Notes: generated by a model from the sequence alone, not told the origin. Numbered from the stretch's first letter, positions 34,852 to 43,948 are shown. The stretch: DNA of 50,645 nucleotides from a virus (IMGVR_UViG_3300048848_000052:1-50645), one strand, 5' to 3'. Numbers and translations: made by a program.

Positions 34852-34989
34852 CGCATCGGGGTGTGATTTGGAGTTTGCCTCGGCGGATCAGGGGCGCCCT
34901 GCGTGCGGGGTGGTGTCGACTAGGTAGCGCTGCCGAAATCGACGTAATTCTTTTGGGTTCGAATCCCTACCAAATCACACCCCGATGCG
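34852..34989 (+). ncRNA. Perfect 20-bp stem enclosing a degenerate tRNA-like domain
   Basis: CGCATCGGGGTGTGATTTGG pairs with CCAAATCACACCCCGATGCG; interior has a GGG-TTCGAAT-CCC T-arm. Confidence 0.55.
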
Positions 34990-35034
34990 GACGAAACTGC
35001 GGCCTATAACCGCCCACCTGCATCACCGCAACAC

Positions 35035-35229
35035 GCAGATGAATGCCCGGGCTGACGGGCAAGTGTAAGACCTGAGGGATCGCGGGATTCGTGGCCGGTA
35101 GAGTGAGTAAGCGCCCAGATGGCCACGGCGAGTCCAAGAATAAGCGGCTGAAACCTTCGCCCCGGTGAAACTCCGGTGTCACTAAGGCCGCTAATAGTCA
35201 TGCCGGGATCAGCTCCGGCCATCTGCACC
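35035..35229 (+). ncRNA. tRNA-shaped RNA with complementary D/T loops (early copy)
   Basis: GCAGAUG/CAUCUGC acceptor; UGCCCG-GGCUGA-CGGGCA; GCCGG-GAUCAGCU-CCGGC; 140-nt insert in place of the anticodon arm. Confidence 0.65.
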
Positions 35230-35339
35230 CACCCTCCCCTCGACAAACCCCGAATGCACTCCCCTCCGCGCCCAACGGCAACCAGCGGAGCGGATGAGTG
35301 CATTCGAGTTTTGTTGGATCAATCACAGAGGTTTCCGTA

Positions 35340-35927
35340 ATGCCGAAGATCATTGATGTGATCAGGACGAAGCAGGGGCAGACGTTTCTGCTCCTCGACG
35401 AGTTGCCCCTCTGCGTTTACGAGCGCACCGGAAACCTTTTGATATCGAACGACGGCGGCTTCTACGACTTCCTGAAGATTGAGCCTGGATCACGTGATGC
35501 GTTCGCCGGTCGGGCGTTCACGATCAAGCTTACCGATGGGTCGACGCTTGAATGCAAGGGTCAGGTCTGGTCATGCGGCGCTGATGTTGGCGTACCAACC
35601 GCACAGGTCGGCGTCGGAACTCTTGAGTCTCTTGCGAACTGCTACGTCTTCAGTTCGGCCACAGTCGACGTATCGCTGGTGAACGAATGGCTCTCGAAAA
35701 ACAAGCCGAGCAGCCGGTACTACAAGTACGACAAGCGCGAGACGGTCGAGTACTGGGAAGCCATCTACCGCACCGAGAAATGGGGGAATCGAATTTCTCC
35801 GGCTCGGGCCCGGAAGCTCCGCAAGCGTGGTGCGACCATCTGGCGCGTAGATGGCAGACCAACTTGGAGCTCCCGCTTCGAGAAGCGCAAGGCGCAAATC
35901 CTCGCCGATATCGCAGCAGACTCCTGA
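35340..35927 (+). CDS. Hypothetical phage protein
   Basis: AGAGG SD, start MPKIIDVIRTK; first long ORF of the early operon. Confidence 0.75.
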   Translation: MPKIIDVIRTKQGQTFLLLDELPLCVYERTGNLLISNDGGFYDFLKIEPGSRDAFAGRAFTIKLTDGSTLECKGQVWSCGADVGVPTAQVGVGTLESLANCYVFSSATVDVSLVNEWLSKNKPSSRYYKYDKRETVEYWEAIYRTEKWGNRISPARARKLRKRGATIWRVDGRPTWSSRFEKRKAQILADIAADS

Positions 35928-35951
35928 TCTACCGCCACTCTGGAGGCAACC

Positions 35952-36377
35952 ATGAACGCAACCGCGCTCGCACAAAGTAAATTCGATAACCGCCTGCCGC
36001 CTCCGGTGAGCGAAAGCCCTCGCGAAGTTGCTCGGGCTGAGTGGCTTTACAACGCCGTAGAACAAATGGTTCGGCATGGCTGCGACGCGAAGGTGCAGCG
36101 CCGCATGCGTCCGGCTCAGGGCGTCACGCTGGCCCAGTTCGCTCTGGCAGTTGATGAGTATGCAAATGGACGGCTTGCCGACTGCGAGGTCACCACGGCT
36201 TCGCTTGGCTACCTGCTGATCGCCGCCGAGCGCGGCCACGCTGACAAGGTCGCCGCCTCCGAGCTGCTCGGCCCCAGCGACCACCCACTGGGCAAGCTCG
36301 GCGAAATCGCAGAGGGCCTACTTCGACCCCTTGTCGATGACGCGCTGATCGCCCAGGCCGAGGACAACGACCTATGA
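35952..36377 (+). CDS. Hypothetical phage protein
   Basis: GGAGG SD; coupled to the next gene. Confidence 0.75.
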   Translation: MNATALAQSKFDNRLPPPVSESPREVARAEWLYNAVEQMVRHGCDAKVQRRMRPAQGVTLAQFALAVDEYANGRLADCEVTTASLGYLLIAAERGHADKVAASELLGPSDHPLGKLGEIAEGLLRPLVDDALIAQAEDNDL

Positions 36378-36589
36378 GCAATGAGGTAGCACTGGCCCGG
36401 CTGGGCCTTGAGATCGCGAAGATGCGCAAGTCCTGCACACCAGTGCCGGATCGCACCTTCGTAATGGGCATGATTGAAATGGCGGAGTTCGCCGAGATCA
36501 TCGACACCCGCACCGCCAATCGTTATCGGGATGCGCTGGACGCCAAGTTCGTCGAGCGCAACACGCATCTGAAAGGAGTTTCGGCATGA
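36374..36589 (+). CDS. Hypothetical phage protein
   Basis: ATGA overlaps at both ends. Confidence 0.7.
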   Translation: MSNEVALARLGLEIAKMRKSCTPVPDRTFVMGMIEMAEFAEIIDTRTANRYRDALDAKFVERNTHLKGVSA

Positions 36590-36756
36590 CCACTGCACCG
36601 GTTAAAACGCTTCTTGATGAGCAGCTGGAGGAGATCGAGCGCAGCCTCGCGGTTGTCGGTGCCGGCATCCCTCGCGAACTTCCTGTCTCCGCGCTCCCCG
36701 CTCCGTTGGTGGCTGCCATCAAACAAGGCCGCATCGCAGTGAGGGCCCGGCCATGA
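36586..36756 (+). CDS. Small hypothetical protein (56 aa)
   Basis: AAGGAG SD; MTTAPVKTLLDEQLEEIERSL; ATGA overlaps. Confidence 0.65.
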   Translation: MTTAPVKTLLDEQLEEIERSLAVVGAGIPRELPVSALPAPLVAAIKQGRIAVRARP

Positions 36757-36884
36757 ACCTCGTCTACTGGATTCTCGTCGTGATTCTGGTTGCCAGTGCA
36801 GGCGCCTACGGCGTCATCGCTGACGGTTCGGGCTCTGCTCCGTGCCAGGTGCCGCGCTCCACCACCTACAACGTGTTCCGATGA
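36753..36884 (+). CDS. Small membrane peptide (43 aa)
   Basis: MNLVYWILVVILVASAG hydrophobic N-terminus; ATGA overlaps. Confidence 0.5.
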   Translation: MNLVYWILVVILVASAGAYGVIADGSGSAPCQVPRSTTYNVFR

Positions 36885-36997
36885 CCAGCCGGCAGATGGC
36901 CCGCCGTACGCTGATCTGGCGCGGCTCGTTTCGAGTCCTCTCGATTTACACCTTCCTGATGCTGCTCAGCGCCCTCGCCGACCGCATCACCTCCTGA
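36881..36997 (+). CDS. Small membrane peptide (38 aa)
   Basis: MTSRQMARRTLIWRGSF...LMLLSALADRITS; ATGA overlap. Confidence 0.5.
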   Translation: MTSRQMARRTLIWRGSFRVLSIYTFLMLLSALADRITS

Positions 36998-37040
36998 CTT
37001 TCAACTTCAAGCGCTGCGCACGTCGCGGCAAGGATTCCCC

Positions 37041-38198
37041 GTGTCCGCACAACAGCAAGTCATCAAGATTGACGACATCAGCGAAGAAAACGCACCGGCC
37101 ATCTATGTCGCCGGCGGCCTTGGCCAGTTCTTCGACGCGGTAGCCGCTGAGGTCACTGCCGAGGTTCCAGACCTGACCACTCGCAAGGGCCGCGAGCGCA
37201 TCGCCTCTCTGGCTGCCAAGGTCAGCAAGTCGAAGACGGCCGTGGAAAAGCCAGGCCGCGACTACCTCAAGCGCCTGAAGGAAATGCCGAAGGTCGTCGA
37301 GGCCGAGTTGCGCGACTTCGTCAACAAGATGGACGCGCTGCGGGACGCCACTCGCCAGCCGCTGACGGACTGGGAGCAGGCCGAGATTGCCCGGACAGAC
37401 GCTCACGTCGACGCCATCCAACAGATCAAGGACCTGGCCATCTTCGAAGCGGCGCCAACGTCCACCCACTTGGCTGACATCATCGCCGACCTCGAACTGC
37501 TCGAAATCGGCGATAGCTGGGAAGAGTTCTTGGCCGAAGCCGCCCAGGTGAAAGACCAGACGCTGATAAAGCTGCGCGCCCTGCACGCCGAGCGATCGCG
37601 GTACGAAGCTGAACAGGCCGAATTGATCCGGCTGCGCGCCGAAGCCGAAGCACAGGCTCAGCGCGACCGGGATGCACAGATCGCCCGGGAAGCTGAAGAG
37701 CGCACCCGCCGCGAAGCTGAGCAGCGTGCACAGGCCGAACGAGAGGCCGCCGCCCGACGCGAGCAAGAGCTGCTTGATCAGGCTGCCGCAGCGCAGCGTG
37801 CCGCCGAGCAAGCTGCCCGCGAAGCAGAGGCACAGGCCGAGCGTCAGCGCCTCCAGCTTGAGCAGCAGGCCGAGCAGGCTCGACTTGTGGCAGAGCAGGC
37901 GGAAGCGAATCGCATCGCCGCCGAGCAACGTGCTGAGCAGGAGCGCCAAGCCGCAGCAAAACGCGCCGAACAGGCCGCAGAGCAAGCGCGCGCCGACGAG
38001 CGACGCCGCGCCGATGCAGCGGCTGCCGAAATCGTCCGCCAGCAGCAGGCGCGCGAAGCTGATCTGGAACACAAGAAGCAGATCAACCGCGCCGCCTTGG
38101 ACGCCTTCATCGAAGGCGGCATGACCGAGGAATGCGCCAAGCAGGCAATCACCCTGATCGCCCAGCGCAAGATCCCCGCCATTTCAATCAGCTACTGA
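37041..38198 (+). CDS. Long coiled-coil phage protein (often annotated TolA-like)
   Basis: VPDLTTRKGRERIASLAAKVSKSKT N-terminus, E/A/R/Q-rich centre and IAQRKIPAISISY end. Confidence 0.85.
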   Translation: MSAQQQVIKIDDISEENAPAIYVAGGLGQFFDAVAAEVTAEVPDLTTRKGRERIASLAAKVSKSKTAVEKPGRDYLKRLKEMPKVVEAELRDFVNKMDALRDATRQPLTDWEQAEIARTDAHVDAIQQIKDLAIFEAAPTSTHLADIIADLELLEIGDSWEEFLAEAAQVKDQTLIKLRALHAERSRYEAEQAELIRLRAEAEAQAQRDRDAQIAREAEERTRREAEQRAQAEREAAARREQELLDQAAAAQRAAEQAAREAEAQAERQRLQLEQQAEQARLVAEQAEANRIAAEQRAEQERQAAAKRAEQAAEQARADERRRADAAAAEIVRQQQAREADLEHKKQINRAALDAFIEGGMTEECAKQAITLIAQRKIPAISISY

Positions 38199-38205
38199 GG
38201 TCGCT

Positions 38206-38964
38206 ATGTCTACCGAAATCATCATGCCTCCAGAGCGTGAAAGCCAAATGCTCGCCCATCCGCCCCAAGAGATCAGCATGCTGGCAACTATCAGTCGGCT
38301 TGCTCTCGACCCACGGTGCGACATGGACAAGCTGGAACGCCTGATCAAGCTTCAAGACCGAATGGAAGCCAAAAGTGCGCTCGAAGCCTTCAACGCAGCA
38401 TTCGCTGAAATGCAGTGTGAAATGCCTTCTGTCGAAAAGCGCACCGAGAACACCCACACGAAAAAGATGTACGCCGACCTCGACGACATCAATTACGCGG
38501 TCCGTCCGGTCATGGCTAAGTTCGGCTTTGGCGTTTCCTTCAAGATTGTGAACCAGGCCAACGGTGTGAGCGTCACTGGAATCCTGATGCACAAGGCCGG
38601 GCACCGCGAAGAAACGACAATGATCCTGCCCCTTGATACTGGCGCCGGGCGCAGTGCTGTTCAGTCGGTTGGTTCGACCACAACGTATGGAAAGCGGTAT
38701 GTGATGTGCGCCCTGCTGAACATCACCAGCGGAGACGACAACGACAACGACGGATATGTCGAGTCATCTGAACAACTGGTCACGCCTGCCCAGGCGCGGC
38801 AGATTCAGGCGCTGCTGGATAAATGCAGCGAGGCTGTCCACGCCAACTTCGAGAAAATGTATGGCGACCCCGGACAGATAGCTAAGTCCGCATTCGATGG
38901 CGTCGTGGCAGGTCTGAACAACTCAATCTCAAGAGCGGCCAAAGCGGCCCAGCAAGCGGGGTAA
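38206..38964 (+). CDS. erf: ERF-family single-strand annealing protein
   Basis: YADLDDI and QSVGSTTTYGKRY...LNI...DDNDND ERF motifs. Confidence 0.9.
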   Translation: MSTEIIMPPERESQMLAHPPQEISMLATISRLALDPRCDMDKLERLIKLQDRMEAKSALEAFNAAFAEMQCEMPSVEKRTENTHTKKMYADLDDINYAVRPVMAKFGFGVSFKIVNQANGVSVTGILMHKAGHREETTMILPLDTGAGRSAVQSVGSTTTYGKRYVMCALLNITSGDDNDNDGYVESSEQLVTPAQARQIQALLDKCSEAVHANFEKMYGDPGQIAKSAFDGVVAGLNNSISRAAKAAQQAG

Positions 38965-38969
38965 CGGCC

Positions 38970-39587
38970 ATGCAAATCATCACAGAAGTCGAGCAGGGTT
39001 CGCAGGAATGGCTGGCTCTGCGACTGGGCATCGTCACCTGCTCTGAGCTGGAATGCCTGCTGGTCAACGGCAAAGGTGAAGCCGGCTTCGGCGCCGGCGC
39101 CTTCACCTACATGAACACGCTTATTGGTGAGCGCATCACCGGCGAGGCTGCCGACCCTTTCCAGGGAAATCGACACACCGAGCGAGGTCATGAACTGGAA
39201 GGTGTCGCCCGAAAGCTCTATGAGCAGCGTGAGGAAGTCGAAACCAAGCAGGTGGCGATCATCCTCAACCACGGCGCCGGTTACTCGCCCGATTCGCTTG
39301 TCGGGCCTACAGGCCTGACGGAAATCAAAACAAAACTTCCGAAGTTTCAGGTGGAAGTGATTCTGTCCGGCGAGATCCCGAAGGAGCACATCGCTCAATG
39401 CCAAGGCGGCTTGTGGGTGTCGGAACGCGAGTGGATCGACTTCGTCTGCTACTGGCCGGGCATGCCGCTGTTCATCAAGCGCGCCTACCGCGACGAAGCA
39501 ATGATCCGCAAGCTCTCGGAGCGGGTGAAAACCTTCTACGAGATCCTTGAGGATCGCATGAACCAGGTACTCGGGATCGCAGCATGA
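38970..39587 (+). CDS. Lambda-exonuclease/YqaJ-family nuclease
   Basis: EQGSQEWLALRLG, RGHELE, SPDSLVG and EIK...QCQ..LWV motifs. Confidence 0.9.
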   Translation: MQIITEVEQGSQEWLALRLGIVTCSELECLLVNGKGEAGFGAGAFTYMNTLIGERITGEAADPFQGNRHTERGHELEGVARKLYEQREEVETKQVAIILNHGAGYSPDSLVGPTGLTEIKTKLPKFQVEVILSGEIPKEHIAQCQGGLWVSEREWIDFVCYWPGMPLFIKRAYRDEAMIRKLSERVKTFYEILEDRMNQVLGIAA

Positions 39588-39826
39588 TCAGCAACCACCT
39601 CAACCTCGTCGAGCAGCACCGGCCAGACGCCGAGTCGATCGCTGATCGAATTGCGCAGTACCTGGCCGCCGGCGGGCGGATCGACCAACTGAAAAGCCCG
39701 CCGCGCAATCCGCTACCGCCGCCCCGCTCAAACAAAATAGACCCTGAAACGGTCCTCAAGCGCCGGCCGAAGCCGATATCGGCGGCCGAACGCAAGGCGC
39801 TGCGCAAAATGGCGGACTCGCTATGA
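39584..39826 (+). CDS. Hypothetical phage protein
   Basis: IAQYLAAGGRI motif; ATGA overlaps. Confidence 0.7.
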   Translation: MISNHLNLVEQHRPDAESIADRIAQYLAAGGRIDQLKSPPRNPLPPPRSNKIDPETVLKRRPKPISAAERKALRKMADSL

Positions 39827-40287
39827 AGTCGAAACGCAAACCCAACAACGGTTTCGCCCGGGCTGAACGCAGTTGCCGGGCCTTACTGCGCACCAACCAC
39901 GTCGCGGTGGTAAACATCGATCCCAGCGGCAGCCAGATCATGGCGAACTGGAAGAGCTGCAAGCAGATCCGCAGCCTGGCGATTGCCAACGCGATATTCG
40001 ATTTCTCGTATCGCTGGACGATTTACATCGGCGCCATGTGTCGAGACGAGCGCGGTGCCGAGTACATCAAGTCGGTCGAGATCTCGCCCGAAGGCATCTA
40101 CAAGGTCGAGCGTCTCACCGATGCCATCGAGCATTACTACCTGGAGCTGCGCAACAGCGCGAACCCGAACCATCTGGTGGCGTCAGGCTGGATCGCCATT
40201 CCCGACGAGATATCGATGGACGAAGCCCAAGCCGCGAAGCTGTTCTACGCCGCCGGCGCCTGGCATCAGGTGAAGGTCGCAGCGTGA
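39823..40287 (+). CDS. Hypothetical phage protein
   Basis: 154 aa, coupled to the upstream gene. Confidence 0.75.
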   Translation: MKSKRKPNNGFARAERSCRALLRTNHVAVVNIDPSGSQIMANWKSCKQIRSLAIANAIFDFSYRWTIYIGAMCRDERGAEYIKSVEISPEGIYKVERLTDAIEHYYLELRNSANPNHLVASGWIAIPDEISMDEAQAAKLFYAAGAWHQVKVAA

Positions 40288-40362
40288 GAAGTTTTCGCAC
40301 CCAACAACGCGAACGACAGACCTGGCTGGACTTGCCGGCCAGCGGAATAGAAGAGGTAGGCC

Positions 40363-40674
40363 ATGGCCAAGAGCAATGCAGATCGCTCAGCGAAAGCCGC
40401 GGCGAAGAGGAAAGAGCGCGGCGAAGAGGAAATCAGGCTGCACTGCCTGCCCGGCACTCGCCGAGCACTTGCTGAGCTGATGGCCTGGAGCGGAATCGAG
40501 GAAGCAGGCGAGGCAATCACGCTGATGATTCACCACCTGCACGGCCTTGGCCCGGGCGGCGCCCTTCCCCTGCTTGAGCCGCCGCCGCGACACGAATACG
40601 TGATACCCGAAAACGTGTCGCGGAAATTGAAGCTGGCTTTTCAGCGAGAAGCGCTACGGCTTCAGCAAGATTGA
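40363..40674 (+). CDS. Hypothetical phage protein (putative DNA binding)
   Basis: GAGG SD; basic N-terminus. Confidence 0.7.
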   Translation: MAKSNADRSAKAAAKRKERGEEEIRLHCLPGTRRALAELMAWSGIEEAGEAITLMIHHLHGLGPGGALPLLEPPPRHEYVIPENVSRKLKLAFQREALRLQQD

Positions 40675-40911
40675 TTGAAGATTACGTTCTTTGATGAACT
40701 GATCAGCATGTGCATTCATCACCGCTCTCGCTTGTAGTTCGTCGGAGCAATCCAAGGAGTATTCGGCCTCCACGTTTACCTTCGGCGGAACGACCGTTTT
40801 ACCGTAGAGTCCGAGCCAGGCGACAACCGGAGCGCCGGTGCGCTGCGAGCCAAAAATGATTGTGACTTTTGGATCGTTTTCGGGATAGACATAAGAGTCC
40901 CAGTAATTCAT
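40654..40911 (-). CDS. Antisense accessory gene
   Basis: AAGGAG SD; AT-richer; second gene of an inserted pair. Confidence 0.7.
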   Translation of the reverse strand: MNYWDSYVYPENDPKVTIIFGSQRTGAPVVAWLGLYGKTVVPPKVNVEAEYSLDCSDELQARAVMNAHADQFIKERNLQSILLKP

Positions 40912-40920
40912 AGCAACTCC

Positions 40921-41178
40921 TTAAGGCTTCCAGTTTGGCGTTACAGAGGCCTTCAAAGCTTCTTCGCATTGTGACCAGTATTCCAATAATGCCGCTCGAG
41001 CTTCAGCTTCGGTAGCATAACTGTTGGATGGCTCGTTTAGCCCCCGGACCTCATCATCGACTTGGATGGTGAAACGGCCATCCTGGCAATCGCGCAGTAC
41101 TCTTCCTCTCGTCCGCCTGCCGGTGTTGCTGAACCCTTCAGCAGCGAATTCAGCAACTAATTCAGCAATTTTCACCAT
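40921..41178 (-). CDS. Antisense accessory gene
   Basis: AAGGGGA SD before MVKIAELVAEF; preceded by an AUGGA-loop hairpin. Confidence 0.7.
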   Translation of the reverse strand: MVKIAELVAEFAAEGFSNTGRRTRGRVLRDCQDGRFTIQVDDEVRGLNEPSNSYATEAEARAALLEYWSQCEEALKASVTPNWKP

Positions 41179-41284
41179 CGCACTTCCCCTTGATCCGGCT
41201 CCATGCCGGTCACCCGTAATACCCCAACCCAAACCAAATTGCCACCACCGGTCACGGAGGGCGGCGCCTGACTGGAGATAATCC

Positions 41285-41686
41285 ATGAACCACAACTGCG
41301 CATACGTTTGGCGGCACTATCAGGTGCCCGCCGAAATCGGCCGCCGCGTCATCGCCTACGGAAAGCCCGGTGTGATCCTGGCCGATCGCGGCCATTACAT
41401 CGGCGTGGTGCTGGATGAAGACCCGAAGAAGCGGATCAGCAACTACCACCCTACTCACGAAATGGGGTACGGCGAAATGGCCGAGACGCTGCCTCTGAAA
41501 GAATGGCTGGTCCTGCCGTTCAAGCATGACAGGGATGATCTCAACTGGAGCCGCGAAGCCCGCGAAGACTTGGTCAGGGTCTGGGCCGCTACTCGAGGCC
41601 AAGCCAAATACAAGGCCTATGAGCGGCTTCAGGATTACTGCCACAGCATCAAGGCGATGCTCCACTTCAAAGTTCGGCGCGCCTAA
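41285..41686 (+). CDS. Hypothetical phage protein
   Basis: GGAGA SD; YQVPAEIGRRVIAYGKPGVI...YHPT and ATRGQAKY segments. Confidence 0.75.
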   Translation: MNHNCAYVWRHYQVPAEIGRRVIAYGKPGVILADRGHYIGVVLDEDPKKRISNYHPTHEMGYGEMAETLPLKEWLVLPFKHDRDDLNWSREAREDLVRVWAATRGQAKYKAYERLQDYCHSIKAMLHFKVRRA

Positions 41687-41695
41687 GTTGCGACA

Positions 41696-42049
41696 TCATC
41701 TGAAGAGCAGATCACCATAGCCCCACACAATTGTCCCCAGAATGATCAAGACGAAAGCGCACCGTCTCGGATAGACCAACCATCGGACGTGGAGCTGAAT
41801 GCCGCTGTGCATTCGTGCGAGCATTTTTGAAACAGTCTGCTCGGCAAATATTGCAATAACGGTAACTAGCGCTCCAGATCGGGCAAACCATGGTCCGGGT
41901 TCGTTGGGCGCTGGGTTGAGCAGCCCCGCATACGCTGCTGAAGCAATGCCGATCGCAGCAAGCACCAAAAGCCACGCGTATGCAACCTGTCGGAATAGCT
42001 CATGACGGGTCGCTGCGCTTGGAGAGTTGGGCGAAGTCCCAAAATTCAA
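41696..42049 (-). CDS. Antisense membrane protein (about 3 TM)
   Basis: TTG start after AAGGGGA; WFARSGAL and GTIVWGYGDL motifs with hydrophobic segments. Confidence 0.7.
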   Translation of the reverse strand: MNFGTSPNSPSAATRHELFRQVAYAWLLVLAAIGIASAAYAGLLNPAPNEPGPWFARSGALVTVIAIFAEQTVSKMLARMHSGIQLHVRWLVYPRRCAFVLIILGTIVWGYGDLLFR

Positions 42050-42130
42050 ATCGATCCCCTTCCGGCTCCATGCCGGGCTGAACACAAATACCCCACTTCT
42101 ACGAATCACGCCAGCCGGCGAGGATCCCGC

Positions 42131-43054
42131 ATGCTCACAGCAATTGACTTGTTTTCTGGTTTCGGCGGATGGACGCGCGGCGGCAAGGACGCCGGGCTCA
42201 ATGTACTCTGGGCTGCAAACCATTGGCCCGAGGCGGTGGAGTGGCACACCCGAAATAACCCGGAGACGATCCACGCTTGTCAGGATCTGCACCAAGCGAA
42301 CTGGGCGGACGTCCCGAAGCACGACGTCATGCTCGCCTCTCCGTGCTGCCAGGGTCACACGAAGGCCCGCGGACTCGCCCAGGCAGACCCGAAGCGTGAC
42401 AACTCGCGATCGACAGCATGGGCGCCAGTCGGCAATGCCGAAGTCAATCGCCCGGAGTTCGCTGTTATCGAGAACGTACCCGAGTTCCTGGACTGGATTC
42501 TCTACCCGGCATGGGCTGACGCGATGCAGCGACTTGGCTACGCACTGGCGCCCCATATCGTGGACTGTGCCGATCTCGGCGTTCCGCAGCACCGCGTGCG
42601 CTTGTTCATGGTCTGCTCGCGCAGCAAGGCACCGTTGCACCTGCAACTGCCCCGCTACCAGCATGTGCCGGCCCGCGAAATTATCGACTTTGACGCAGGC
42701 AAGTGGTCGCCGATCAACAAACCAGGCCGCGCAGCATCGACACTGACCCGGGTGAAGAATGGCCGTGAGCGTTTCGGCGAACGGTTTGTCATGCCCTACT
42801 ACGGGTCAGGCTCTGGACTCACCGGCCGCAGCCTGGACCGTCCGATCGGAACTATCACCACGCTGGACCGATGGGCAGTCGTCGACGGCGACATGATGCG
42901 CATGATCAGCGCTGACGAAGCCATGGCCGCGCAGTCATTCCCGAAAGACACGCTGCGCCCTGACAACCACAAACTGACCATGCACATGACCGGCAACGCT
43001 GTACCGCCGCTCGCCGGTCAGCGAATCATCGAAGCGCTGAAAGCAGCAGCCTGA
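42131..43054 (+). CDS. DNA (cytosine-5) methyltransferase
   Basis: IDLFSGFGG (motif I), ASPCCQG (IV), IENVPEF (VI), PQHRVR (VIII), GNAVPP (X). Confidence 0.93.
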   Translation: MLTAIDLFSGFGGWTRGGKDAGLNVLWAANHWPEAVEWHTRNNPETIHACQDLHQANWADVPKHDVMLASPCCQGHTKARGLAQADPKRDNSRSTAWAPVGNAEVNRPEFAVIENVPEFLDWILYPAWADAMQRLGYALAPHIVDCADLGVPQHRVRLFMVCSRSKAPLHLQLPRYQHVPAREIIDFDAGKWSPINKPGRAASTLTRVKNGRERFGERFVMPYYGSGSGLTGRSLDRPIGTITTLDRWAVVDGDMMRMISADEAMAAQSFPKDTLRPDNHKLTMHMTGNAVPPLAGQRIIEALKAAA

Positions 43055-43057
43055 CAA

Positions 43058-43288
43058 TCACTCGATATTTGCCACATAGGTCGTAATGTTGGGAACGATC
43101 CCTTTGGCTGCATCCCGCTGAACAAACGTGCGCATGAGATCTACATCGAGTTTGCGGTTGAAACGCTCCAGTTGATCAACCACTGTTCCGCTTATCCGGT
43201 AATGCCCGCAGCCGGCGCACACCCTTTCTTGATAGTCCCCGATCGAAGGGACAGTCCTTGCCGCACCACCACAGATAAAGCAGCTCAT
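43058..43288 (-). CDS. Antisense Zn-ribbon protein
   Basis: CFIC...CAGCGHYRISGT; ATGGAG SD. Confidence 0.7.
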   Translation of the reverse strand: MSCFICGGAARTVPSIGDYQERVCAGCGHYRISGTVVDQLERFNRKLDVDLMRTFVQRDAAKGIVPNITTYVANIE

Positions 43289-43376
43289 AAGTTTCTCCAT
43301 TGACTGAACGCTGAACTGTAGCTGATCCCTCACCACCCTTCACCGCCCGGGCATGCCCCGGCATAGGACGCCAAAC

Positions 43377-43934
43377 GTGATCAATCTCTTCTGGCGAATC
43401 ATCGCCAAGGTACTCGCGCGCCCGGCAATCGCCGACTGGCTCATCGCCCGCGCCAAGCTCACCCCGTACCAGCACATCATGTCCGCCGACGGCACCGAAA
43501 TGTACATGGGCCGATGGTGGCTGTTCAACCCGTACGACCCGGTGACCGGTGTGCGCCGCATCAGCCAGATTCCATGGTCGATACGCATCCACCACATCAA
43601 GCGCGAGGACAACGACCGCGATCTTCACGACCACCCATGGAACGCCCGCACGATCATCCTGCGTGGCGGTTATACAGAGCAGCGCCTGCTTGACCATGAA
43701 GACCCGGTGTTGTCAGGACTGAACGTGCCGGCCAACGCCCAAGCCACCGAGTACATCGACCGGCGACCAGGCGAAACAGCTCAGCTGAGATATGGCGAAT
43801 ACCACCGGATCGACAGCGTTGCCGAAGGTGGGGCATTCACCCTGTTCATCACCAGTCCCTACAAAGGGACTTGGGGATTCCTCGTAAACGGCGTGAAGGT
43901 GCCTTGGCGCACCTACACCGGTGCCGACAATTGA
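43377..43934 (+). CDS. Cupin-like metal-binding phage protein
   Basis: HHI...LHDHPW...ILRGGYTE...YHRI...TLF...WGF pattern. Confidence 0.7.
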   Translation: MINLFWRIIAKVLARPAIADWLIARAKLTPYQHIMSADGTEMYMGRWWLFNPYDPVTGVRRISQIPWSIRIHHIKREDNDRDLHDHPWNARTIILRGGYTEQRLLDHEDPVLSGLNVPANAQATEYIDRRPGETAQLRYGEYHRIDSVAEGGAFTLFITSPYKGTWGFLVNGVKVPWRTYTGADN

Positions 43935-43948
43935 ACGGAGCCTTCGAA

